Part shown: piece by piece, positions 1-15,833 of the stretch
How the letters are laid out: the number at the start of each line of letters is the position of its first letter
How positions within the stretch are numbered: the first letter of the stretch is position 1
Assembly (NCBI RefSeq): GCF_009914755.1
Contig: NC_060945.1
Origin: the human T2T-CHM13v2.0 reference genome, Homo sapiens
Strand: one strand, 5' to 3'
Length of the DNA: 64,000 bases
The notes under the pieces: generated by a model
Database searches by the model: none
What the model was told of the DNA's origin: nothing
What the model saw: the letters and a program-made list of their open reading frames with translations, nothing else
Position numbers and translations under genes: made by a program

Positions 1-341
1 ACGCTGTCGAGTCCTCCTATTAATTATTTATTCAGATTTTAAAAACTATTCAAAAAGGCTTTACGTATATTTTGAACTCTATTATGTATTATCGTTCTCT
101 GTGGCCCAAAGGAATTTTGAAGCAGAAATTCAATAAATGGCATAAGGATACTGGAATAGTGGATGAGAGGAGACATGATGCAGCCAAAAGAATTCCATCT
201 CAACTTGAGGCATTCTGGAGAGGGTTCAAGAATCCAGCATATCTTAACAGTGTCCAAGTATCTCACAATATGATGGCAGAATTTGTCACCAGTAACAGAC
301 ACCAAGTACAAATTATTATTATTTTATTTTACTCTTTGTGA

Positions 342-605
<264 letters not shown>

Positions 606-1089
606 TAATTTTTATTATTTTAAAAAATTATTTAAAAATTTTTTGTGAGTACATAGTAGGTGTATATATTTATGGAGTACATGAGGTGTTTTGATACACG
701 CATGCAATGTGAAATAAGTACATCATGAAGAATGAAGTATCCATCCCCTCAAGCATTTATCCTTTCAGTTACAAATAATCCAATTACATTCTTTAAGTTA
801 TTTTAAAATGTACAATTAAGTTATTATTGACTATAGTCACCGTATTGTGCTATCAAATAGTAGGTCTTATTCATTCTTTCTATTGTTTTGTACCCTTTAA
901 CCATCCTCACCTCCATCCGATTCCCTGACTACCCTTCCCAGCCTCTGGTAACCACCCTTCTACTCCCTATGTCCGTGAGTTGAATTGATTTGATTTTTAG
1001 ATCCCACAAAAAGTGAGAACATGCAATGTTTGTCTTTCTGTGCCTGGCTTATTTCACTGAACATAATGATCTCCAGTTCCATCCATGTC
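606..1089 (-). mobile_element. L1MA-type LINE-1 3' end
   Basis: gtacatagtaggtgtatatatttatgg...cagcctctggtaaccac...ccagttccatccatgt is typical antisense L1MA 3'UTR. Confidence 0.85.
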
Positions 1090-1514
1090 CCCGAATACAA
1101 ATTAATACATGGTAGAATCTGTGCTCTGTTTAAGAAGTTAGGAACATATTCAGGCTATATTTTGCATTTTTGAAAGATGGTTAAAATATTTTAAAAATGT
1201 TTATGCTGAAAGGAAAAAGTTCTGTGAACTAGAAAATTTACATGAATTAAAACATAGCTCAGAGATGAAATCTGAAAGAAAACATGGCCCCTCTTTGCTA
1301 AACTTCATAGTTTTGATGCTGTTAATTACACTTTGTTTTCCATATGATGCCTCATGGTGACCAAAGTAAGGTAAATTATTTTGAATTAATATTCCCTCCA
1401 AAAATTGTTATCCCCAAGCATGTAAAAAGTAAAAAGCAATAAAAGCCCAAGTTGCAAAGAAAGATGTGCTTCTATAAGAGCATTTGGAGGCTGCCGGAAG
1501 ATGGTGCATTCCAG

Positions 1515-1745
1515 AGAGCTTAAGACTGAGCTTTGATAACAGACAGACCCAAATTTCTGCCACATTTCACAGTGTGACTGTGCATTGGCTGCTCAACCTT
1601 GCTAAGCTTTAATATTTTTGTGTAAGAAAAATATATGTATTTATTGTACCTAAAGGTTGTTAAGAGAATTAAATGAGTGTGTGTACATAACCAGAGTGCC
1701 TGGAACATTAAATGCTTAATGCACATTAGCTATTACCCTTATCAT
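1515..1745 (+). mobile_element. MIR
   Basis: MIR core and 3' end: ggttgttaagagaattaaatgag...gtgcctggaaca...aatgcttaat. Confidence 0.7.
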
Positions 1746-4009
1746 TATTATCAAGTTAAATTAAGCCAATATAATCATAAAGTTGGAAGCTGAGTTTATG
1801 AGGGCAGTGGCAAAGCCACCTAGCTAATCATGAGCTGCTGTTTAACAAAATGAAAGGAAGTTATTGTTTACATAACACCATACAAAGAGGACATTTTGGA
1901 GAAACTAGGTTAATACATATTTTAAAAAAAAGGTTTTTAATGCTTTTCGTAAGCGCGAGAGAAGAAATTGAGATAACGTTGCATTAAGGAACTATTTAGT
2001 CTTGGGAGATACATAAAATCAAAGTACTGCCCCACTTTGACCCTTTCTCTGCTTTGTTAATCCTTTATTGAGATATAATTCACAGCAGTACAATATATAC
2101 ATATTAAATATGCTGCATGATGAATTTTATGCTTTTATGTATATGCCCATGGAACCATGACCACACCAACATATAGCATGCATCCGTCATCTCAATAGGC
2201 CCATTGTGCCCATTACAGTCAATCGACCACCCATTTCCCAAAGGTTCAGATGATAGGAAGGTTCAGATTTCCCTCTCCATCTAGAAAAGGGGCCCTTGAG
2301 AAATTTGAAGTCCTCTTTCTTTTCCCTAGCTAGACTTTAATTCTCACCCATTAATTTTACTTTAATTCTAGGTCATCACGCCTCTAGCCTACAGTCATGC
2401 TCCCATCGAAATGCCCCTGCTTAATTTATCTGCATTGTGACGTTCTTCTGACATTGAGGGGGCTTTCTCTTAGCTATAATGTCAATGAGGTTTCACTGCA
2501 CTTTTGGATTCACGAATCCCATAAATACTGTTATTTTTGACTGTCATTGTATTGTGTTTTACAAGGCATCCTGGGCCAAGGCTGAGTAAGGAGACAGAGG
2601 AGCTTTAAGGAGACATGGAGGTGAACTCTAGGGGCAGCTACACTCTCAAACTCAACTTTCCTGAAGAAGGTTTTCTGGTTCTAGTTTCAGTGTCAAATCA
2701 TGATGCAACAGCAGAGTGAACTCAGTGTTTTTGGTATGAAGATCTCCATGTGTTTCCATCATCAGCATCTCCTGTGCTCTTAATCTTACCCTGGACACCT
2801 GACCCAGGTGCCCATTCTGTGAATTCTTTCATTGTAGGAAAGAGAAACAGGTACAAAAGATGCATGGTCCTCCCATGGCTAAGGTTCCTAGCCAATCTAG
2901 GTGGGTGCCCACTTGCTAAAATGACCCTGACCCCTCATTTGGTCACTTGACCACTGGTAACTCTACAAGCAAAGAAGCCCTTAGTGACCAGAAACACAGG
3001 ATCCTGGGTTTAAAAAGCTGATCACAGAGAAAGTAGAAAAATCCATAATATCATCCTTTTCACAGCAGTACTTATAAGCTTTGAGTTTGTATTTTTCCAC
3101 TCACTGCATGAAAATACCAATAGTGTAATAATGCAACTTCAAAAAAATCAAAGAGTAGCTGTGAAAGCCCTCAGCCCACAGGTTGCTGTGATTTGCACTT
3201 GAGTATGCTCAAGGGTTCATTTTATTTTCGACTTTAAAATTCACACTCAATTTTGACACATGAGACATATGTCTCAGCTCCTTACAGTACCAATCCTGTA
3301 AAAACAGATGACTCAGCCACCAGTTACAACAGCATATTATTGCAGTATTCAACAAAACATGCCTTATGCTGACTAGAGAGAGGTTTCAAGTTGATGAGGC
3401 AAAAACAGCAATGTCCCATCTCAGAACATATGCTATACTATAGTAAGGAAAAAAGAGCCAAATATAAACACTAAACAATGTTGCATTGCTGAAATGTAAT
3501 CCCTTTAAAACATTAGATGTCTTTACATTTCTCATTATTCTATTATTAATTTTAGAATATGTTCTCTTTAATGCAATCTATCTTTACACAAATTTAAAAA
3601 TTCAGATTTCTAGAAGAACCAACAAACCAGGGGCTGATTTTTCTCAATGGATTTCTCCTTTATACTCATAGCATCTGATGAGGTCAGCATTAAGAAGCAA
3701 GGCAATTATTTAATAGCAATGGCTGTGAGCCAAAGAAGAATTACAAAGATAAATCAATCTGGGGTGATAAAATGCCAAAAAACAGGCAGCCACCTCAAGT
3801 AAGAACAAGTTCGATATTAAAATACTGTTTTATTTTCAAGTTACCCAACAAACTGCTGAAAGAAATTACATTTTCCCTCATGAAGGAAATGACAATAAAT
3901 GCCATTTTCTACCCATTGGGCATCACAGGATGGGTGTTGAGATACAGATATGACATCCTCCCAATTATGGTAATACTGGGCATTGGAGCCAGAATGGTAT
4001 TTAGAGGTA

Positions 4010-4760
4010 TTAATTCATTCAACACATATGAACACCTATTATGTATGTGCCTTTGTTTTGGGGATGTGACATACAGAGAGTTTTCTTGTGGAGATGACAG
4101 ATGTAAGCTCATAGTCACCTTTGAAATAAAGTTACCTATGAGGGATCCTGAAGGTGAGATCAAGGAAGACTATAAATGAGACAATGTATAAACAGAGGCT
4201 GAAAGCAAGAGAAAGTTGCCAGTTAGAGAAGGCAAGAAAATATCCCATGAGAGGGCATGGCATTTGCAGTCACAGATGTGTGAAATAGCTTAGGATGCTT
4301 GGAAAACAACAAGCAGCTTTGTGTGGCTGCAGCAAATGTTGCAATCCATAAGCAGCAAGAGTTGCTCCTAAAAATGCAGGCAGGAACTGGATCATGAGGG
4401 GTCTTTAGGCCCAAAGAGTTTAGCACATTCTTGCAGAAAGGAGAGTGACACAACCAGAAGGCCAGAGAGACCCGTGGGGTTTGTTCTAGCAATTCACATG
4501 AAAGGGAATAAGGACTAGATTTGAGGTTGGGTTGGATTGTGGGAAAGCTGAATTTGAGGGGGTAGGTAAAAGAAAAAACTTTTAGAAATGGTTACCAATC
4601 TTTGCGGTTTCTGACTTAAGCTATTGTGGTAATGGGGGCTTTCTGAATGGAGTAAAGGAATACAGTGGGCACAAATTCTGGAATAGGTAGTTAGGAATGA
4701 AGAATGATTTTACTTTTTGGAGATGCTGTCGTTTGGGTACTGAGGTGGAAATGACAAAGT
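4010..4760 (-). mobile_element. L2 fragment
   Basis: attcattcaaca...cacctattatgt start followed by a purine-rich antisense L2 body. Confidence 0.6.
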
Positions 4761-5149
4761 AAATAGTTTGTAAGATCAATGCATTCATTCTATCATCACT
4801 TAGGACACTCCAAGTGATGGTTTCATATGCTATGGAATTATATCCAACTATTTTTGATGATTTACTATGGAGATTCTGGAGAATAAAGATCCTTGCAAGG
4901 ATCTATTTGATAACTTTATGGCAAGTGTTTCAAATCAGAGGATTGCAGCTTAAGGTATTAGGAAACTTAGATAGAAGCTTGATTATCATCAGTATAATGT
5001 GCATTGTGAACTAAGACCACGAGCATTGGTTTAGTGAGGATTAGCCCATGCCTCAAAATAACACATGATCGAATACACATTATATTGCAACACTCTCCAT
5101 TGTAAATAACTGTTCAATGCCATAAATCTGCTTTTAGAAAACAGTCCTC

Positions 5150-5545
5150 TAAAAATAGAAATCAAACCATATTGCTACACTGCATCACACTCAAAGGCTT
5201 CTCATTTCACTCAGAGTAAAAGGCAAAGTCCTTACAATAGCCTACAAACCCCTCCATGATATGCCTTGTTCTCCTTGTCTCTCTAACCTCATTGCTCTTT
5301 ACACTCCTCCCTCTCAGTCACTGTATTCAGCTATACTGACCTCTTTGCTGCTCCTAAAACATCAAATGCTCGACAATTCCCTTTTTCCTAGAATGTATTT
5401 CTTGCAGATATCTGTATGCTGTTAAGTCATTGGTCAAATGTTACATTTTACGTGAGTTCTTTCTTGACCACTGAGTTAAAATTGTGGCACCTAAGCCTTA
5501 ATAACTTCCTATCCCTTTTTACTATTTTATTTTCTCCATAGAACC
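5150..5545 (+). mobile_element. L2 fragment
   Basis: ctcatttcactcagagtaaaaggcaaagtccttacaatagcctaca is a typical L2 segment. Confidence 0.75.
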
Positions 5546-5639
5546 AAAGACCAGTTTTTGTACTTCCTTTAACATCTTAACTGGAGATGATATATTAGGA
5601 GATAATAATGGTATAATGCTGATAGCAGCTGTAGAAAGG

Positions 5640-6058
5640 ATGTGGATTAGTTTTGTTAGAATAAGCTGAGCTTATGCTGCAGTGACAACTGGCCCTCAGA
5701 TCTCAGTGGCTTTACTGAAAAAGTTTATTTCTTCCTCAGTCAAAGCCTGCTTAAGTCAGATGACTCTCCAGGGTAGCTCTCCTCTATGCAGTGACTCAGT
5801 GATCCAGGATTTTTCATCCTATAGCTCCACCATCTCAATCTATGGCTTCCATGTTTGCTACCGAGGATCTCACGAAGGCTTTTATCCAACTCGTTCCAGA
5901 AGTGACACACCTCATTCCTGCTCATAGCCTATTGGTCAGAGCTAGTACCATGATCTCACCCAACTGGGGGTTAAGGCTGACTGGGAAGTATGATGTTCTA
6001 AGTGCTCTGGAAGGAGAGGAGACTTGGCTATTGGTGAGCACTCCTCAGGTTTACACAG
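5640..6058. mobile_element. Old MLT1-family MaLR LTR
   Basis: ttatgctgcagtgacaac...atctcagtggctt...aagtttatttc...gaagtgacacac...attggtcagagctagt. Confidence 0.6.
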
Positions 6059-8097
6059 CAACCAACTCTGGAATGATCTTCTTAAGATGCAGTGTGATGC
6101 AATGTAGGGAGCACAGAACAGGATTCAGCAGGGCTGGATGTAAGATCTCATTGAACTAATCACTATTCACATGGCTTCAATTTAGGTATCCGCTCTGGAA
6201 CTCTATTTTCAAACTCATGAGATCGGGGAAAATACTTATCCTGCTTATATCAGAAAGGTTTGTAAGTCCCAAATATAAAAGTTTGTAAACAGAATTTCCA
6301 AATGTAGGCAACCGTTCAAATGCCAGTACATGAATAATGCAGTATGGAGCATAGGAAACCTGCCCAGATAAGATAAAATGAATTACATTCCTATTTTACA
6401 TCAATATTTATAAAGTTATCTCATTGTTAGAGCCATAGAGAATGCTATCATTTCCAGACCTGCTGGCTTAACAGCTGTGATACCTAGCCAGTGAGGTAGG
6501 GAGCTGTTTATGTATCAGCACTGGTTTATTTTGTATGTATGGAGCATGAAGAAAATGCCAAGGAAATTCAGATGTATAACAAACACTTAAGATTACCGAA
6601 AGCAAAATTCATTCAACAGTGAATGAATCCAATACTGGCAGCTTGTGTGGTATCTTCTGTTCTGTTGCTGGAGGACATTGGCTATTGTGCAATGTAGTCT
6701 ATTGTTGCAAGGATTCATGTGTATTTAGCACAAGGTATGATACTGACAAAATATCAGCTATTTGAAAAGTCTCATTAGAATGTATTTAAGGATATATTAA
6801 AATCTTTTGATAATATTAGATTTTATAGATTTGAGTACTAAGTACATTTGTTGTCAGACTTCAAAAAGATATTGAATTTATATATAATAATTTTGTTAGT
6901 CACTTCAAGTTTGTTGAGGATGGTAAAATATTAGCATTAATAATGATATCCTATTTGTCAGTGTTATCTATTCAAAGAAGTATTATAAATAACAAATCTA
7001 AACTTTTAAATACATTTAATACAAAATAGTCAAATATGTGGATTTCTCTATTATTTTACTAGTGATTTGGGTCTTCTGGAATTCCTCAGCAGACTTTTAC
7101 AACATTAGGGTAGAAGGAATCCAAATTATCTGTTTCAATTCCTTGCCAAATGAACACATTATCCCTATGGGGAACTTCTTGCTAACTGACGTTATTGTAG
7201 CATGCCATTTATTATCTGTGAGAAAGTTTACCCTTTGTGTGTATCCATATGTGATAGAGAAGTATTTCACATAGTAAACAGATATTTGCCTCAGTAGACA
7301 CTTCACCCATTATTTTAGATTGGAGATGTTTCTTGCCACTGGTATCTGTGTTATACACACATACTAAATATTAGTAACATCTTTACAGTTCATTTAAAAA
7401 TAGTAGATTCAGAGACTAAACTATTAAAGATGATAAACCAGTTAGTACTTGGGTAACCAACACATAAAAACCTAGATGATAATTTTCTAATCGAATCTTG
7501 TCATGGAATTTTCCTGCCTAGTCATTGGCTCACATAGTTCTACTGTGATGAACAAAAGAAGATGGATCCAATAAGATCAGACACAAATAGATGCCCATAG
7601 TCATATGCTGGAATGCAGACAGCATATCAACAATGAGATAAAGCTTTGTACAACAGAAGTTCACTGAATCGATATTCTGAAACATTCCCAAGTGCTGGCT
7701 TTTAAAATGGAGGGTAACAGAAAGCACAATGAATTTTATAAGATGTTTTATATGATGTTGTGATAAAAGAGGAGCAAGTGATTGCAAAGTGAAGGCTTCT
7801 TTGTTTTATTTCTTGAAAATTTATACTACTGCCTCCACTCAAGGGTTTGAGTTTCTTCCCCTTTAACCCCAAAGATTATAACCTTGAGAATGATTGCTTT
7901 CCTCCTTTTATTCTTTTAAGACACTTCTGCCATTCACTTTTATAAAAGACATCCAGAGAGCTGGTCATGGTGCCAAGTTGATGATACATTGTGTAGACAA
8001 TTTAGAGGAAAAAGTATAGAAAAATAGGTGTATTCAAATAGAAGGCCTAGTTCAAATGTCACTTTCTACATGGCAGTTCAGAAATATGTCAACAATA

Positions 8098-8099
<2 letters not shown>

Positions 8100-8131
<32 letters not shown>
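8100..8131 (+). repeat. (CA)n microsatellite
   Basis: Read directly from the sequence. Confidence 0.95.
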
Positions 8132-8140
8132 TCTGCTTGA

Positions 8141-8618
<478 letters not shown>

Positions 8619-8632
8619 CACAGAGTCTTTAT

Positions 8633-8956
8633 CAGGTGTCAGCACGCTACATCCTAGGGGCCAGATCTGGTCTGCTGCCTGTTTCTGTATGACCTGTTAG
8701 CTAAGAACATTCTGTTTTTACATTCTTAAGTGGCTTAAAAAGTGAGAAGAGTAACATTTTGTGAAATTCAAATTTCAGTGTCTATAAATAAAATTTTATT
8801 GGGACACATCCAAATTCATGTGTTTACGCATTGTCTATAACTTTTTCTGAGCTCCAAAGGCAGAGTTGAGTAGTTACAACATAGACCACGTGGCCTGCAA
8901 AGCCTAAAATATTTACTATCAGGCTAGATAAAACAGAAAAGGTTGACCAACCCCTA
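8633..8956 (+). mobile_element. MER58 (MER58B-like) hAT-Charlie element
   Basis: cagg.gtcagca / gaccaacccct termini; gcagagttgagtagtt...ggcctgcaaagcctaaaatatttactatc. Confidence 0.8.
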
Positions 8957-9908
8957 ATGCATATGAATGGGACCCCTGGAGTTGGCTGTGCATAACCTGT
9001 GTGGCTGTATACTATAGCCCTGGTCTCAAATAGTCATCAAAGTAAGTGCTTTTCTCCTAGCCAAGCGTTTAACATTTTTCACAATCTGGATGCAGACCAG
9101 ATTCTCTCCAGCTCGCCCACCTACTACATATTCTTCCCTTGTTATCATTTACCTACCTCTGTGTCTTTGTTCACGTTGCTTCCCTGTCCTAGCCATGTCT
9201 TTTCATTTATCTGTCTGTTGATATCTATCACTGAAAGCCTAGCTCAAATGTTGCTTTCACCATGGCAGTTCAACAATGTGATTGAAATCTTGCTTCTGTG
9301 AATTCACAGGGTGCTTTGTACTTCCCTAACACACTTACCATATTCTGCCTTGTACGATCCTTAGTCTTGCACTCATTTCATATTGCCTACTATCTTATAT
9401 GATCTTTAAGTCTAAGAACTGGGCTTGCTCATCTTTGTACCTCTAAGAATGCTGCAGACATGGGCAGGCCTGGCACAGATCCCTGGAGGCTGAGACTAGG
9501 ACTAGGAGCCATGCCAACCCTCAATACACACACAGTCACTTCCTTAGTTGCAGGGTCCAGGGGAAATTCCAGTGGTGTGGCAAAAGATCCAAGTTAGTGC
9601 TCCCATAAAGCTGCTGTGGGGAGAGGTGGCTTAGTTCCATAAAAAGCAAGGTTTTTGAAAGACACAAACCCAGGACCCAATCCAGAAGTAGGCAATACTG
9701 TGGAGACTAGTCAAACCCTATCAGTGAAGTTCATTAGTAGCAAAAACCTATTGACCAGACCAAGTTCCAGGGCAGCACAGCCAGTAAGAAAAGGGGATAA
9801 AGTGGGAGTTGTGGAGTTTAGCAAGGAGAGGACAGAGGCTTGGTCTTAGAAAGATCAGGGCTCTAAAAGGGCGACTGGGGCAAAAGTCCAAAGAGGAAAA
9901 AACCATGC

Positions 9909-10189
9909 ATGCTCAGCAAACTATTGCAAGGACAAAAAACCAAACACCGCATGTTCTCACTCATAGGTGGGAATTGAACAATGAGAACACATGGACACAG
10001 GAAGGGGACTATCACACACCGGGGACTGTTGTGGGGTGGGGGGAGGGGGGAGGGATACCATTAGGAGATATACCTAATGTAAATGACGAGTTAATGGGTG
10101 CAGCACACCAACATGGCACATGTATACATATGTAACAAACCTGCACGTTGTGCACATGTACCCTAAAACTTGAAGTATAATAATAAAAA
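9909..10189 (+). mobile_element. L1PA (about PA3-5) 3' end, 5'-truncated, with 12-bp TSD
   Basis: L1 3'UTR with G-rich tract and A-tail; TSD aaaaaaccatgc at 9897-9908 and 10190-10201. Confidence 0.93.
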
Positions 10190-10332
10190 AAAAAACCATG
10201 CCCAAGGTAAGAAAGAAACTACTATAGAGAGGATGACCTGAGCTGAGTCCCAGACGTTGGGTGGGGGCTCCAGAAATTACTCTTGCTTATGTTTAGATGT
10301 AATCCTAGGGTCTTCAGAATAGAGAAAGTTAT

Positions 10333-10740
10333 TGCTCTAATTTGGTTTGACCCCCCTCCAAATCTCATGTTGAAATTTGATCCCCAGTGTTGGAAGTGGA
10401 GCCTAATGGGAGGTGTTTTGGTTGTGGGGGAAGATGGTTCATGAATGCCTTGGTACTCGTGGTAATGAGTTTTTACTCTGTTAGTTCTCCCAAGACCTGG
10501 TTGTCAAAAAGAGCCTCACACCTCCCCTGCTCTTGCTTCCTCTATCACCATGTGATCTCTGTAGATACCAGCTCCCTTCTGCCTTCCACTGTAAATGGAG
10601 GCAGTCAGAGGCCCTCATCAGAAGCAGATGCTGCTGTCATGCTTCTTTTATTGCCTGCAGAACCATGAGCCAAATAAACCTATTTTCTTTATAAATTACT
10701 CGGCCTCAGCTATTCCTTTAGAGCAACACAAAAGTGGCCC
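10333..10740 (+). mobile_element. MST (MSTB-like) MaLR solo LTR
   Basis: ccaaatctcatgttgaaatttgatcccca...agaaccatgagccaaataaacc...ataaattac. Confidence 0.85.
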
Positions 10741-10819
10741 TAGTTTCCTAGTGCAGGGAGACAGTAGACTACAGGAAGAGAAAGAGTGTATAAAAAGGGC
10801 CAGAGTCAGAGGGAACTAA

Positions 10820-11040
10820 CTTATTTTGAGCACTAACCATATGTCAGGCCATGTAATAAGGCTTTTATTCACAGTATCTCACTTAATGTGCACAGTAACT
10901 CTGCAAGGAAGCAGCATTATGCCCATTTAACAGATGAGAAAATTGAGGCTTAGACTAAGCAATTGACGGACATGAGATCTGAAGGCAGGCCTAAGTGAAC
11001 CCAAACCAATTCCTTCACATGTTTCCCACCGCTATATCAT
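10820..11040 (-). mobile_element. MIR
   Basis: gcccatttaacagatgagaaaattgaggctt core. Confidence 0.8.
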
Positions 11041-11461
11041 ACTTCTTCAATAAATATTTATTAAGTGAATAATGAAGATAGAAAAATTATAACTGGACAT
11101 GCTTTTCACGATTCAATGTGGTATGCATGATAGTACTATCTTTTCTCCCCATGTTTTCTCTTGTAAGTTAAAGAGCTTTTGTCTCTTTTATCACTGGTTC
11201 AGTGAATTAATAACTCATGCATACTCTGTGTCCTATGTGCCAACAGGCACGTTAAGTAATCTAAGAACATACTAGTTGCCCTAGGGAATTGCTTTGGATC
11301 TCTGGCCTTCAATGCCTTCCACAAACTAGTCCAAACTTCCTTTCCAGGCTTATTTTATTTTGTTCAGCCCTCTTAGGCCACTTACTGTTTTCCAGTCAAC
11401 TCCTGTACACCTTGTCTCCTCCATATTACATGTTACTCTTTCAGTAAAATCCACCCTGATC

Positions 11462-11739
11462 TCTTTTTCTTTTTCTTTTCTTTTCTTTTTTTTTGGGAGA
11501 GAGTCTCACTTTGTCGCCCAAGGCTGGAGTGCAGTTGCACAATCTTGGCTCACTGCAGCCTCAACCACTGGCGTTCAAGTGATCCTCCTGCCTCAGCTCC
11601 CCAGGTAGCTGGAAACTATAGTCACATACCATCATGCCCGGCTAATTTTTTGTACTTTTTGTAGAGATGGGGTTTTGTCATGTTGCCCAGGCTGGTCCTG
11701 AACTCCTGAGTTCAAGTGATCCACCCATGTCAGCCTCCC
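11462..11739 (-). mobile_element. AluJ, slightly 5'-truncated
   Basis: AluJ-type ctcactgcagcctcaacc...caagtgatcctcctgcctcag. Confidence 0.9.
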
Positions 11740-12951
11740 TGATGTCTTTATTCAGAACTGCTCTCTTTCTCCCCAACTCATGGAGCATTGATATGGTTCT
11801 ATGCTTGATCTGAAATAATACTAAAAACTCCAATAACTATACTATAAATCTCCAAAAGAGTTTGCACTTATCCTTTTTCTCCCACAATGCTTATACTGTC
11901 ATTCACACAAAAGACATGCTTAAAATATGTTTTAAGTACTAAAAAAAGGCATAAGTGAAATTTCACTTTCTTAGGCTCTTTCATATGGGCAATTTTTCCC
12001 TCAGAAGTTTGTTTCCACACTAGCCCTCCCCACCTTTTTTGACTTGATTCTTTCCAGTCAATGCAATTCTTTCTGGTCCCTGAAATTCTATAGAATGAAG
12101 CAGTTGTATGAAATGTAAGAAGTTGGCGTATTTAAGGTAGACTATGGCTCTTTGCTTTATACCACTTGCAAAGCCAATGTTGAGTACCTGAGTCTAAAAA
12201 TACTTTTCACTGCCAATCACATGTACAGACTAGGTTATTTGGTGTATAATCTGATTACCAGTATTTAATGAAAAATACTGATTGCATCCTAGGATCACAC
12301 ATCCTTCCAAGAAGTTCTATTTAAATCACTCTGTAATTTCTCTTACTATGTAATTTGCATTGTGACAGTTTGATAGTTTATAAGGGCCCTTTGAAAGCCA
12401 ACTTGAACTGTAGGGCAAAATGTATTTAGCACATTTTTAAAGCACATTAAAAAAGACTTGTCATTTGATAAATATTAATGCATTTATTAATAGATGACCA
12501 ATGGCTGCTAAATGATGACAAAAGTTTGAGATTTCAGTGACTACAAGCAAATCCATTGCTATTGAAGTTAAAAATCTGAAATGCATTCTTCTGAAAGTTG
12601 CACTCTAAAAATATTGATTGCAGAATATCAAGCTGAACGATTCTGTTACATGACAAGTTCTCTAGTTTTGATGAGTTTATAGAGATCTCCCAAAATATAA
12701 TCAATTTTTAATTGTCTGTTTAAATAGGCAATAGTATCTGTACATATTATGTATGATAATGGTCAAACTCAGATTCACTTGTATTGGCCTCTGGAATGTT
12801 TGATATATTTTAAGGAATGTGTGATAATTGATTTGCTTCAAAATCCTTTGCTTAACTGAATATTAACATTCAGCTATAAGCTAGCAAGTAATGAAAGGAT
12901 TCTAGGGAATAATAAAAGCAATGTTTAGCCAGGATTTAAGAATTCACTGGG

Positions 12952-13280
<329 letters not shown>

Positions 13281-13561
13281 CTATCAAATTATAATTTTGA
13301 CTATAATCAAGGTTAAAAATAAGGTACCTATCAATAAAATGAGTTATTGTGAAAGAAATAGGGCAGCTCTATAGTAGGATTAGTCAAGCCTGTCCTTCTG
13401 CAATCCATTGTTTACTTCATATTATTAGACAGTTTTAATATGGTATTACTTCTAATCTTTCAAGTATCTTGTCAGATAAATCTAATTATTTCTGAGAAGT
13501 GGCTTGCAACTGAAAGAAAAATGTAGCAGAAAAACTTATTTGTCTATCTAGCTATATTTAG

Positions 13562-13990
<429 letters not shown>

Positions 13991-14378
13991 TAAACCTGTA
14001 AGAGATGCCAGAAGATTTCCACACAAGAACATACAGGTATTTCTTGGGGGACCTCAGCACTTGTCTGTGACTTGAAGGCTTATCAGTATTCCTCTCACCT
14101 GACCCTGAGGTCTTGGCCCACAATAACAACGAACCTTTGTTTCTCAGCACTCACACTGATTGACTGAACACAGCCATGTTGAACAGGTTGGATTGTTAAG
14201 AAAGGAGTGATTTCAAACTTGGGTGTGATCACTCCCTGAGGATTTGGGAAGGCAATGCAGAGACAGTGTCTTGGTTATGAAAGTAGAAATCAGCCGCTAT
14301 GTGAATGTGACCACCAGAAATTCCAAACTTAGACCACTGACATTGGTTGTCTGAGACACTAACATCTTTTTTGCCCTG

Positions 14379-14762
14379 TGTTCTGGTTTGAACGTCTGTT
14401 CCACAACTCATGTTGAAATTTAATTGGCAATGTAATGGTATTGGGAGGTTGGGGCTTTAAGAGATGAGGAGGTCATGAATGTCCTGCCCTGATAAATGAA
14501 TTAAAGTTATTATCCCAGGTGTGGATTAGTTATTGCAGTGGTGAGCTCTTGATAAAAGGATGAGTTTGACCCGATTTCTCTCTCTGTCTCCTGTGCTCAC
14601 TTCTGCCTCCTGCCTTCTGCCTTGGGATGACCCTTGCCAGATGTTGACACCATGCTCTTGGACTTCCCAGCTTCCAGAATCATGAGCCAAATAAACCTCT
14701 TTTCTTTATAAATTACCCAGTCTGTTGTATTCTGTCATAGCTGCAGCAGACAGACTAAGACA
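14379..14762 (+). mobile_element. MSTC/MSTD-like MaLR solo LTR
   Basis: tgttctggtttgaacgtctg...ctcatgttgaaatttaat...ataaattacccagtctg...gactaagaca. Confidence 0.85.
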
Positions 14763-15223
14763 CTGCTGCTTTAATCTCCTCATTTGTGAAATGCAGAAAT
14801 CATGCTACTTTTATTGATGGCAGCTCCATCATTTATGATGCTGCCTGACCAATATCATCCTAAAACTCAGCCTTCTGACACTTAACAAATGCTTCAATAA
14901 ATTTTGATCCCAGTTCTTTAACAATTGACTACCTCAAGAAAAGGATGGGGCTCAGGATCAGGGTATCACAATGAGTTCTGAAATTAGGCAGTAATTTACA
15001 TTTTTGGAGTATCACTGGAATCCGTACAACTTTTTTCCTGAAGTAGAATAGCTTTGGGTAAACCATCCTTGCTCCTTCACTCAGGCCTGTTTGTGATCCA
15101 CTGCAAACAATTTAATATAGTTCCTAAGGTTAGAGGTGGTTTTTGGAAGATAGTTCCAAGTCTTATACATTTTTGTATCCCTAGAATGAATTAATAAGAA
15201 AATCTTAGGCTGTATAGCCAATC

Positions 15224-15832
15224 TATTCATTCATTTGATTCAACAAATATTTATTGAGAGCTTACTATGTGCCAAATACTATTTCAGATGTTTGGAATAT
15301 ATCATTAAGTAAGATAACTGTCCTACAAGAGATTACATCCTGGAGGGGCGGGGGAACAGGCAATGCACATAATAAATAAGTATAAATATTGTCAGAAGCT
15401 ATAAAATTGTACAAAGTATAAAAGAATGAGTCAGCCAGGATCAGGGGAAGGGATGTAGAAGAACTGGGAAACAAAGACTTGAAAGTGGTGAAGGAGTTGG
15501 CCAAAGAGACATCTGGGTAACAGCATACCAGACAGATGGCACAGCTAGGAGAGGGACCTGAAGGGAATCTGACATACTCAAGCAGTGAAGTCAATGTGGC
15601 TGAAGGAAAGTGCATATGGGAAAAATGGCAGGACATGAGGTCAGAGGTTAAGGGGCCAGGTCGTGGAGTAACTTGTAGGCCATTTAAGACTTTGGCTCTT
15701 ACTCTGTGTGAAAAAGGGAAAGTACTGAAGCGTTTTGAGCAGAGCAGTGGCATAATCCTATCTCAGGTTTTTGAAAGAAATAACCCTGGTTGCTGGGCTG
15801 AGAACAGACTATCTAAATTGAGAATAAAGTAG
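15224..15832 (-). mobile_element. L2, interrupted by the L1 cluster and resuming near 17355
   Basis: attcattcatttgattcaacaaatatttattgagagcttactatgtgcca...gactttggctcttactctg. Confidence 0.85.
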
Positions 15833-15833
15833 A

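Noticed and set aside
3772-4179. 135-aa ORF, and similar 100-160-aa ORFs at 15265-15753 and 57905-58267
   Set aside because: No recognisable homology; the first two overlap L2 and all are at lengths expected by chance.
6607-6630. Short hairpin attcattca-acag-tgaatgaat, and other short palindromes or direct repeats (2241-2268, 44861-44884)
   Set aside because: Too short for a pre-miRNA and expected in AT-rich DNA.
10030-10056. G-quadruplex motif
   Set aside because: Standard L1 3'UTR G-tract.
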